DNA of 64,000 nt, taken from IMG/VR virus record IMGVR_UViG_3300037247_000437, positions 1,297 through 65,296 of that record; one strand, written 5' to 3'. Position 1 is the stretch's first letter, and every line of letters starts with the position of its first letter. Source of the stretch: a virus (lineage: Duplodnaviria > Caudoviricetes). Of the stretch, positions 48,012 to 57,378 are shown piece by piece. The position numbers and the translations under genes were made by a program. The notes beneath the pieces were generated by a model. It had not been told where the DNA came from, did not search any database, and was given only the letters and a program-made list of their open reading frames with translations.

Positions 48012-49929
48012 TTGACAGTATAATATAAACTAAATAAATTATGAGTGAAGAGAATTCCTGGGATAACCTGAAAGACCTGACTAAGCAGGAGATAATTGAT
48101 TTTTTGAAAACACAATTTCATTATAGGCTACCTTCAAAAAGAGAAGTAAAGTCATTTAAGTGGTCAAAGGATGCTGCTAAACTGCAAATAGAAATGGATG
48201 ATCATTTATCAAATCCGGTTGACCCTGACTTAATAAAAAAAAGGGATGAATACGCAAGATCATTCAATGCATCAAAAGACACGTCTGAGAGGGTTAGATT
48301 ACTGGATAAGATTAATCCAATAGATGATCTTATATCAAGAAATCACGAGAAATACAAAGCCATCGCACGGAAGCAGCAAAAGAATGATAAATATTATAAT
48401 TCGTTTAATCAATAATTCAATTTAAACTAAAGAATGCTTCTATTAACCTTGTTGAGTTTAAAGTAAAATAAACAGTAAAAATATAAAACTAAACTAAATT
48501 ATGAATATCTACGAATTTATTACACCAAGCGATCCGATTACATTCAAAACAAATGATGACAAAATTGCATTTATATGTGCTCTTTTCTTAGGCAATGGCA
48601 AGGCAGGATGTAAACGATTTGATGATTCTGGTAATGAAATATCAATTCCTACAATGTTAATGTTTTCAAAAGATCCTGATTCAGAAATAAAGAATTACAT
48701 AGGCGGTAATGCATCAGAGTATTTTGATTCAAAAAAGCACTTAATAAAAGCTGCATTTGAAAGCTTTTCATATGGAAATATAGAGGATAGGCGCTCATAT
48801 GACGATGCTATTATTGCTATTACTGATACTAATAAATTGAAAAACTTTAAAGCAAAGCATGAAGATAGAAATAGGAGTTCACTGAGTAAGTGGGTAAAAT
48901 CTGCATGGAAATTAGCTGAAGGCATTAATTAAATCTAAACTAAAGAAATTATGAATATCAGTGTATTAGAAAAAATATTAACATCAACCAGCGAATATTG
49001 GATTTTGAGAAAGGAAAATAAAGATAATTATAGCAAAGAACTTAGAGCGTACATTATAATGGTCGCGATCCCTACTAAAATTCAAGTCGATAAAGACCGG
49101 AAATTAATTACTTTGTGTGATCTTGAAGAATTAGAGGCTGTGAGTCTTGACGGAAATGTTTACCTAAATGAATCATATGCACCATTCCAGCTAGGGGTAA
49201 ATTTACATCACGTCACAGAAGTATTCCCTATCCCATCTCGGCAAAGGGAATTCATGATAAAAGCTCTTGAGTTAAAAAGTCATGATATTTATGATTACAA
49301 AAAATTGATTGATGAAGTATGTATCGATCAAGAAGAGAAATAATTGACAGTATAATCTAAACTAAACAAATTATGAAAACTCAAATTGAAAAAGCATATT
49401 ATTGGGTTAAATTTTACAATCACGACAAAAAACTAATTATGCTATTCAATGGCAAAAACTTTGAAGGTTTTAAAAGCGATCAATTCATAGGTGATGAGAT
49501 TGAAAGCTATAAAATAATTAATTCAATCTAAACTAAAGACAATGACTATAGAAGAAGAGGCTAAAGATATTTTAGATTGCATATCAGTTTTTGACCCTGA
49601 TGAAACATTGAAAAACAAGGGCAGATATTTTGATGTGATCCAAAATGATGTAAAAAAGCTATTGAAAAGAATCAAAGAAACTAAATAGTGATTTAAACTA
49701 AACTAAGTTATGAGATACAGAATTAAAATTACAACATTCAAAAACAAGCGTAAAGAATTCAGGGCACAAAAGAAAGTATTATTTGGATGGGCTGACCTTG
49801 ACTATTGCGGGGTAGTTTATCATTCAATTACTTGTCGTACGGATACAAGGACGGAGGCGTTAAATAGAATTTATTTACACTATGAAGGGAACACAGCGGA
49901 GCACACCATAGAATTTGAGTACATTACTA

Positions 49930-49986
49930 CATAGTGATTGTTGGGTTGTTAGTTGAAAACGGTTGCCAGCTGGCGCCGTTTTTTTT
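49930..49986 (+). ncRNA. Antisense-like tract plus terminator closing the cassette array
   Basis: CATAGTGATTGTTGGGTTGTTAGTTG (reverse complement CAACTAACAACCCAACAATCACT-ATG), then the AAAACGG..CCGTTTT hairpin plus T-run. Confidence 0.45.
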
Positions 49987-50002
49987 GTGCCTTAGAAAAT
50001 AA

Positions 50003-50076
50003 TTGCAATTATTTGTAAGTTTATCGGTATAAAGTTTGCAATTAATTGTAAGATGATTATATTTGTGTATGTCAAA
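50003..50076 (+). promoter_or_regulatory. Promoter with tandem near-palindromic operators and a leaderless start
   Basis: TTGCAATTATTTGTAAG (50003) and TTGCAATTAATTGTAAGAT (50036, identical at 52036), then TATATTTG-tgt-ATG. Confidence 0.65.
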
Positions 50077-50678
50077 CACGAAATTAACAATCGGAAACAT
50101 GAAAAAATTAGCATACAAAATAGGCAAAACAGAAAAAGAGGTTAAAGCACTTTATTTATCAGCTATTGATACTTTCATTCATTTTGGAGCAACAGAAGAA
50201 GCGGCCAGAGAAATGGCAAAAGAAACTTTCAGAGATACATTAGGACTTTAAACAACAATCACATCCACCAGCCCGGCAAGGTAACTACCTCCGGGATTAA
50301 GGTGGTAAAAATTCACTATAAAAATTAGCATTATGAACGTAAGGCAAAAATTAGAAAGCATGTTGGTAAATAAAGGCATGTTTAGCTCACAAGCAAATGA
50401 GGTTATGGAATTGGCAATACCTATATTAAGAAACATTATTGAAGGTTACGGCATTAGATTTGAAAGTGATAGCGATGGGTACCCAAATGTGATATATAAT
50501 GTATTGATGATGCAAATTAAGCCTATTGCGCTGAAGTGGATTGATGAAAATAAACCTATGGCATGGAATAGAGAAATGTTCACATAGTAAAAAATAATAC
50601 CTGCTAATTCTGGCAGATATCCCAGCCTGTTACCTTTCGAGGTACCGGATTGTGGCGGTACAGACTAAATAGAGAATT

Positions 50679-51266
50679 ATGAATATTGAAATTAATGTAC
50701 CTGATGGAATTTCAGGAGAATGGAAAGTTGAAAGTTTTACAGTATCAAAAGATGAATCTAAAATGATGCGAGTAAGATCAATATTTACAGGTGTCCGAGG
50801 TTCTTTGCCGGCAGGAAATTATAAAAAGCTTACCCGAAATGGGACTATGGTTATGAGCAATACGCCTGATGAAATAAGAGATTTTAGTTCTTTTGCTTAT
50901 CGTGCTAAGGGTCATATTCTAATAAACGGATTAGGTATTGGTGTACTTGTTAAAGCATTATTGGGAAAAGAAGATGTTTTGAGTATAGAAATTATTGAAA
51001 AATCAAAGGACGTAATCAAATTAAGCGGCCCAACATATTCTCAAGATAAACGGGTTACCATAATTAATGCAGATGCGTTTGATTATAAGTCACCTTTAGG
51101 AGTAAGATATAATTATGTGTGGCATGACATATGGGACGATATCACTTCGGATAATTTACCCGAAATGCACAAGCTCCACAGAAAATATGGGAGAAAATCA
51201 GATAATCAAGAAAGCTGGTGCCGCTATCAGTGTGAGCAACAAAAGAGGCAAGCAAGATATTATTAA
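50679..51266 (+). CDS. Class I SAM-dependent methyltransferase/spermidine-synthase-like protein
   Basis: ILINGLGIG motif I, IIEKSKDVI, ADAF, WHDIW. Confidence 0.8.
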   Translation: MNIEINVPDGISGEWKVESFTVSKDESKMMRVRSIFTGVRGSLPAGNYKKLTRNGTMVMSNTPDEIRDFSSFAYRAKGHILINGLGIGVLVKALLGKEDVLSIEIIEKSKDVIKLSGPTYSQDKRVTIINADAFDYKSPLGVRYNYVWHDIWDDITSDNLPEMHKLHRKYGRKSDNQESWCRYQCEQQKRQARYY

Positions 51267-51566
51267 ATTCACTAACTAAATATAAAACAATGGAACTATT
51301 AATAAGCTCGGAGGGTCAACTATTACTAAGTATATCAGGTGCAATGTTAATATTTGCGGCTGTCATTTTAAGGGAATATTTTAAGATCAAAACGAAATAG
51401 ACATGAAAACAGAAATAAAAAAGTCTGGCAAAGGGCACAACCTATTCATAAACAGCAAACAAGTCGGGTATGTGATCGGCAGCAAAAAAAATGCAGAGAA
51501 GGAAATGAAAGTCGAGCTGAAAAGATCATTAAGCAATGCGCGGGCACTATTAAACGAAGTTGAATC

Positions 51567-51848
51567 ATGAAATATACTAAAGGCCCGTGGGGCATTTCCA
51601 AATCGGGGCATCCTGATTTTAATTTATGTATCGTTGCTGAAGATGGGGGATCAGTTTGCCATGTAACAAAATGGACAGAGGCAGAAGCAAATACCAAGCT
51701 AATTGCCATGGCTCCAGAAATGCACAAAGCTTTAAAGACTATAGTTTTATGCTCAAACTACGAGGATGCAAAAAATATGTACGGCCATAGCCCAAACCAC
51801 TGGACGCGAACAATAGAATCACTACTTAAAGAATTAGACAATGAATAA
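51567..51848 (+). CDS. Conserved phage protein
   Basis: KYTKGPW...EANTKLIAMAPEM motif. Confidence 0.75.
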   Translation: MKYTKGPWGISKSGHPDFNLCIVAEDGGSVCHVTKWTEAEANTKLIAMAPEMHKALKTIVLCSNYEDAKNMYGHSPNHWTRTIESLLKELDNE

Positions 51849-52035
51849 ACGCGACACAGAAAAGCTAAGGATACTCAATTTTGCTCACATTAGCCGCGAG
51901 GCCGGTCAGTGTGATACTTGGCTGCGCTACGATAGCGGGCACGAAGAGCTAAAGAAAAAGCTACTACCACTTTATGATGATATCATTGATATTGTAAAGA
52001 AATATAAGGCAGATACAAAAAATTGTAAATAGTTC

Positions 52036-52054
52036 TTGCAATTAATTGTAAGAT
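52036..52054 (+). promoter_or_regulatory. Operator-like palindrome (second site)
   Basis: TTGCAATTAATTGTAAGAT, identical to 50036-50054. Confidence 0.6.
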
Positions 52055-52276
52055 TGCTTTACTTTATAGAAACAAACAAAGAGATTATGAAAAACGAAGC
52101 CAGATTTAACGAAGTAACTAAGAATCTTAAAAGCATGTTTAAATGCGCGTCAAAATCTAAAAAAGACGACATAGTAAAATCATTAAAAAGCTGGCTGAAA
52201 TCAAATACAAAAACAGAAGATAAAGGAAAATTAGACGCTATAAAATGTTTTTTGGCTGATAACAATATATTTTAAG

Positions 52277-52346
52277 CATTGGGTGTTAGGTTGAGTTAGG
52301 GGAGCTGCCACGGGACCATCCGGCGGCCTAAGTCTCCCCTTCTTTT
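52277..52346 (+). ncRNA. Antisense-like tract plus terminator-like hairpin
   Basis: CATTGGGTGTTAGGTTGAGTTAG (reverse complement CTAACTCAACCTAACACCCA-ATG), then GGGGAG...CTCCCC-TTCTTTT. Confidence 0.4.
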
Positions 52347-53984
52347 AAAAACTAAGATTATGAAAAAGGAAGAACTGAAACATATTCATGAAGATTTAAA
52401 AAACGTGATATGCCCGCAGTGTAAGAAAGATTTTAAGCTTACGTGGAATGATTACAGTGACACACCTCAGACACTAATAATGAGAGGGTGCCCTAGTGGC
52501 GGAATTTATGATGTATCAATCAAGTGTCCACATTGTGATTACGAAGAGGAATTATGAAAATAGAAAGTAAATTTAGAAATCCAGACATGATTTTAGCCTG
52601 TCAAGAAATGATAAAAATGGCTAATAATTTCTTTGAGTATGTTGGAGTTTACCATGATACACAGTATAGACCTACTTTATTTAATGTCATTAAAACAGAT
52701 GAAAGGAGTTTTGATGTAACCGTAAGATTCAGGGCATCGGTAGCAGATTACAAATTTTCCATAAATATTGACTTGGATAACGAAGATGAAACATATAATT
52801 CGTTTGGAGAAAAATACTTTCCTGAAACTGAAGAATAATCATGAAAAATACAATTTGGTCAATGAAAATGAAGAACGCTCACCGGATGGCCAGGGTTATT
52901 TCAGGCATCAATTACAATTCATACCGCGAAAACCTTTCTATTGCAATGAAGGTACAGCATATGATTTTACGGCAGATTACCCTGACAGATGTTAACTGGC
53001 TTGTAAATTGTTTAGGTGGAAAATTTGTCAACCTTCATTTACAGCACTTGAAGAAAACAGCACTTTTCGAAATTACCGGCGGAGTAAGCGAAATTGATGT
53101 ATATCATTACGTCAGGCCACGAACAGGTGCAGAGGATAATAAGGCCATCGGCGTAATGATAGAATCAGAAATAAAATCAAATATCAAACTAAACTTAGAT
53201 TGAAATGAAAAAGGAACTAATAAGAACTGAAATAATGAACCTTACTGGGGAGCAATGGGAAATAATAGAGGGGATAAAAAAATGCGGCCTTATCGAAGTC
53301 TCCACTTCAGAATTGTATAACTTAATTGGTTTTACTGGCGGAATGTTTTTTGGTGGGAAAGCAAATGAACGCGAGTTTAAGTTTATCAAAGAATTTTATA
53401 ATTACGGAAGGGGCATGCGTAAAAGTATTGAATCATGATGGATCTATTCGAGCAATTATCAGAATCTTTAAACCCTACCAATAACGCCGAACTAATAAGG
53501 ACTGCAGAGATCGAAGTGGAGATAAAGAAAATTCAAAACGAAAATTAACTATGAGGCATATATTTGAAGGCAACAGAAGTGGTAAATCATTTTCTCAAAT
53601 GATACAACTAAAGCAAAATATAGAAATGGGGGTTACTTGCGGAGTTGCTACCTCAAATCCAGAAAAGGTAAAGCAAGATTTTGAATATATGACTGGATCG
53701 AAATTGATTCTTACATCAACAAAGGGCAGTGATATACTATTTGACGCCTCACTTGCCCCACGGGCAGAAATAGAAGCGGAGATAAGGCATATTAAATCTG
53801 AAGAATAAAATATTATATAATAGAATGACTACCCAGGATATTCCAATATGGATAATCACAATAGCATTAGCCTATTATATTTACAGACAATTACCAAAAC
53901 CAAAACCCGAATAAACCAAGTAAATAGTACTAGTAATTTAGCAATTAATTGAGTATATTTATTATATAATAAACAAAAATAATC

Positions 53985-54488
53985 ATGAAAACGGAAAAAA
54001 CACATTGGCTACAAAGCCCAAACAAAAACTATTTCGGGCATTGGGACATTCCAGAGGGGGGTGTTATTTTAACAATACAATCCGCCAAATGGGAGGAGGT
54101 TGAAAATCCAGTTTTAAAGAAGGGTGATCCAAAAAAGTTTGAGGCTCATCGGGTTGTAAGGTTCAATGAGGATTACAAGCCGCTTATCTGCAATCAGACG
54201 AACGCACAATCTGTACTTAAAAGTACAGGCATAAAATACATGGAGGATAGTATTGGACAAAGAATTGAATTATATGTAGGTTCTCACTTTGACAGGACGA
54301 ATAAAGAAAATATTGATTGTGTCAGAATTAGGAATGAAAAGCCGCGCGAACAAGATCAATTGCCAGAAATCACAAACTTTGATGAGGCCGTAAATTATCT
54401 GAATGGAGGAAAGTCCATTAAGGATTTGAAAAAAATAAGACGGATGAGCGATGACATGGAACTCAATTTAATCGCTGCGACCTCATGA
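53985..54488 (+). CDS. Putative recombination/ssDNA-binding partner of the exonuclease
   Basis: KTHW....NKNYFGHWD..., KPLICNQTN, CVRIR; translationally coupled to the YqaJ gene. Confidence 0.5.
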   Translation: MKTEKTHWLQSPNKNYFGHWDIPEGGVILTIQSAKWEEVENPVLKKGDPKKFEAHRVVRFNEDYKPLICNQTNAQSVLKSTGIKYMEDSIGQRIELYVGSHFDRTNKENIDCVRIRNEKPREQDQLPEITNFDEAVNYLNGGKSIKDLKKIRRMSDDMELNLIAATS

Positions 54489-55123
54489 CCTATCCAATAT
54501 ACAGATACGATATAAAACAGAACTCAGAAGAGTGGTTGGATATAAAAATCGGTATGTTTTCCGCGTCACCTGCGGATAAGTTACTTTCTGATAAAAAGAC
54601 AAAGGGCTACTGTGAATTAATTTCTAAAATTGCAGAGGAAAGGGTCACCGGAAGGCGTAGCGACAGATCGGTATTTTGGGGCAATAAATATACAGATAGA
54701 GGCCATGAATTTGAGCCTATTGCCCGTGATGATTTTGAGTTCAGAACCCTTAATCCAGTTAAATTAGTTGGCGTAGTAATTAAAGACGAATGGTCGCTAT
54801 GTTCTCCCGATGGACTTATTGGTAATGATGGATTACACCAAATCAAATGCCCAATCTTTTCAACTCAGGAAGAATATTTGGAATCAGCCAAAACTACCAA
54901 TGATCCAAAAAAGATCATTGGCGGAGGTTATTATAAACAATCTCAATTTGAGTTGTATGTAACCGGAAGAGATGTCAATATATGGACTGCGTTTCACCCT
55001 CATTTAAGGGCTTTAGATATTGAAATTGTAAGAGATACAGAAATGCTGGACATGATTCATGATAGAATTACGGAGGCACAAAAGGAAGTTTTAGAGCAAA
55101 TCGAAAGGATTAAGAATTTGTAA
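54485..55123 (+). CDS. YqaJ/lambda-exonuclease family recombinase
   Basis: QNSEEWL...G.FSAS, RGHEFEPIAR, CSPDGLI, QIKCP, YYKQSQ. Confidence 0.9.
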   Translation: MTYPIYRYDIKQNSEEWLDIKIGMFSASPADKLLSDKKTKGYCELISKIAEERVTGRRSDRSVFWGNKYTDRGHEFEPIARDDFEFRTLNPVKLVGVVIKDEWSLCSPDGLIGNDGLHQIKCPIFSTQEEYLESAKTTNDPKKIIGGGYYKQSQFELYVTGRDVNIWTAFHPHLRALDIEIVRDTEMLDMIHDRITEAQKEVLEQIERIKNL

Positions 55124-55125
55124 TC

Positions 55126-55323
55126 ATGAATAAATACAAATACAATCCCATCTCAGCAAAAAATATTCCCAGTGCAAAAGCTGTGGTGTATGAGGGCAAA
55201 AAATACAAGTCACACAACGCGCTAAGCAATCATTTAAAAATCAACTCAAGGCGCATAGGCGAGGCATTGAAAAGCGGTAAAGAATTGGCCGGAGTGGGCG
55301 GATGCGTTGATGAGACTTTTTAA
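55126..55323 (+). CDS. NUMOD1-like HTH protein
   Basis: VVYEGKKYKSHNALSNHLKI; paralogous to 57093-57284. Confidence 0.55.
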   Translation: MNKYKYNPISAKNIPSAKAVVYEGKKYKSHNALSNHLKINSRRIGEALKSGKELAGVGGCVDETF

Positions 55324-55837
55324 GATATTACATAACATAAAATAATCATGGCAAATACAGTTAATGGAATTCGAGAGCAAATTTCACAAAGAATCAGGAG
55401 TACACAGGTGAGGGGGTTTGAACATAAACCAGCTCCTAAACTAGTTCAGGAGGGTTTTAACATCCTCAATTATATGCAGGGCAAAGTAGGATATTTCGAT
55501 ACAATCAAGGCGGTTCAGCGAACATTGAGGGATTTAAGCTAATGAATCATTTACACATTAACTTTTCAAACATCGAATTTTCATGCCCTTATTGCGGCAA
55601 GCAATACGAAGATTCAAACGATAAATACCTGGACCGATGTAACCGGAACAAATCAAACTGCACGACGATAAAATGTGAATGCGGAGAAAAGTTTGGGATG
55701 ACATATGATATTCAGGGGGACGCGGTAGGGTTTAAAATACTTACAAATAATACACATATTGGTTTGATACGACCAATTAATTGATTAATTTTAGATTATA
55801 GTTTACGCGGTATCGGACGCGATTAAGAAACTTATTA

Positions 55838-55883
55838 AGCATTGATTGTCGGGGCCGATACCCTGGCGATTGGTGCTTTTTTT
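55838..55883 (+). terminator. Long G-U-rich intrinsic terminator
   Basis: AGCATTGATTGTCGGGG/CCCTGGCGATTGGTGCT 17-bp stem, CCGATA loop, T-run. Confidence 0.75.
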
Positions 55884-56125
55884 ATGACTAATTATGAGTA
55901 TCGAAAACACAAAGGGAAAATCCTTACAGTTTGATTTATTTGACGCCGAAATTCCAGAAGGATTTACAATCGCTTCAAAAAACGATATTAAAGAAGGAAA
56001 TATCTGCAATCATTGTGACGCGAGGAAATTATGTCAATTAAATAAAAATGAATGGTGTAAAAAATATCCTTGCATGGCTTATCGCAGACAGGATGGCAAA
56101 TCAGTTTATTTTAAGAAACATTAAT

Positions 56126-56833
56126 ATGAGCATCATTAATATATACCACGGGGATTCTATTAAGGCCATGGAGTCAATGCCAGCGAATAAATACGGGCTA
56201 GCTATTTGTGATGTTAATTATGGAATCAAACAGGACGGCAGGAATAATCATACAAGGGGAAAACTAGCGAAGACAACTAATTATGAAAATAGATCAAGAT
56301 ACGATGACGAATCTCCAGATGCCTCATATTTTGATTCATTACAAATGATAACCGAAAATCAAATACTTTGGGGCGCGAATCATTTTATTGACAAAATGCC
56401 ATTTAACGTTTCGTCTCCTAGTTGGTTAGTGTGGGATAAAATGAATGGAGATTCTGATTTTGCTGATTGCGAATTGGCTTGGACATCATTTAAAACTGCG
56501 GTTAGACTATTCAAATTCAGGTGGGCAGGAATGCTTCAGGGTGACATGAAGAATAAACAAAAATACATTCACCCCAACATGAAGCCTATTCAGCTTTATA
56601 AGTGGCAATTAAAGAACTACGGATTCAATAAAGACAAATCCAAGCGAACCATATTCGATAGCCACGGCGGCAGCATGAGCATAGTCATTGCCTGCATTGA
56701 TATGGGTTTTAATATTGACATTTGGGAGATAGACAAGGATTACTATACAGATTCAGTAAACCGAGTTAAACGACATTTAAGGCAATTAGATTTAACGAGG
56801 GAGCCAGTAGAAATAAACTACATAACATCATGA
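56126..56833 (+). CDS. DNA amino (N6A/N4C) methyltransferase, beta class
   Basis: LAICDVNYGI (motif IV position), NQILWGANHF, WDK, DCELAWTSF, HPNMKP, IFDSHGGSMS (motif I). Confidence 0.85.
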   Translation: MSIINIYHGDSIKAMESMPANKYGLAICDVNYGIKQDGRNNHTRGKLAKTTNYENRSRYDDESPDASYFDSLQMITENQILWGANHFIDKMPFNVSSPSWLVWDKMNGDSDFADCELAWTSFKTAVRLFKFRWAGMLQGDMKNKQKYIHPNMKPIQLYKWQLKNYGFNKDKSKRTIFDSHGGSMSIVIACIDMGFNIDIWEIDKDYYTDSVNRVKRHLRQLDLTREPVEINYITS

Positions 56834-57093
56834 CACAAATCAACGAACTAATTGAAAGGAGTTATTCAGCCATCCGGAAACGGGGTCTGATAACAGATGA
56901 TACTATTGAATCAGAGTTTTTCTTAAAAATGAAAGAGGAACTTTCAGAGATTGCAGGTGCGTTTGGGGATGAAAAACATTATATTGAAGAATGCATTGAT
57001 TTAGCAACAGTATGTTTTATGCAAATCAAACATCTTGGATATGATCCGATTAAGGAGTTTGAAAAAGTAGTTATTAAAAACGAAAACCGATAA
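56830..57093 (+). CDS. MazG-like NTP pyrophosphohydrolase
   Basis: KMKEELSEI...EECIDLA...KNENR. Confidence 0.7.
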   Translation: MTQINELIERSYSAIRKRGLITDDTIESEFFLKMKEELSEIAGAFGDEKHYIEECIDLATVCFMQIKHLGYDPIKEFEKVVIKNENR

Positions 57094-57276
57094 TGTATAA
57101 CCCAAAAAGCCTTTCAAATCTCAATCCCGGCAAGCCCGTAACCTGGAATAATAAACCGTTTCCTTCATTGGCAGCTTTATCAAGGCACTTGAAAATTTCA
57201 CATTCGACTTTGCAAGATATATTTAACAGGGACGAAGAGGTTGAGGGCCTCATATTGATTATTCGAATTAAGAATT

Positions 57277-57378
57277 ATGTTTAGCTATTACGGATCAAAA
57301 AGCAAAATTATAGATTATTATCCCCCACAAGCTATAATAATAATCAAATACCATTATTTTAATAATCAAAATTTATAA
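57277..57378 (+). pseudogene. Relic 5' end of a Dam-like DNA adenine methyltransferase
   Basis: MFSYYGSKSKIIDYYPP (YxGxK motif X start), then frame decay and stop. Confidence 0.6.

Larger units (their letters stand above)
46012..49712 (+). repeat. Family of about 10 related intergenic leader motifs (consensus TAAttgacagtATAATmTAAACTAAAnAAATTATG)
   Basis: Copies at about 46012, 46251, 46962, 48009, 48412, 48468, 48930, 49341, 49519 and 49686; 48009-48043 and 49341-49375 match at 33 of 35 positions. Confidence 0.8.

Noticed and set aside
48012-48024. TTGACA-G-TATAAT (also at 49344) as a sigma70 promoter
   Set aside because: The two hexamers are 1 nt apart instead of about 17, and the genome otherwise uses Bacteroidota-type promoters; treated as part of the cassette leader motif.
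53551-53808. GNRSGKS P-loop suggesting an ATPase
   Set aside because: The ORF is only 85 aa with no Walker B or other ATPase elements; at most a fragment.
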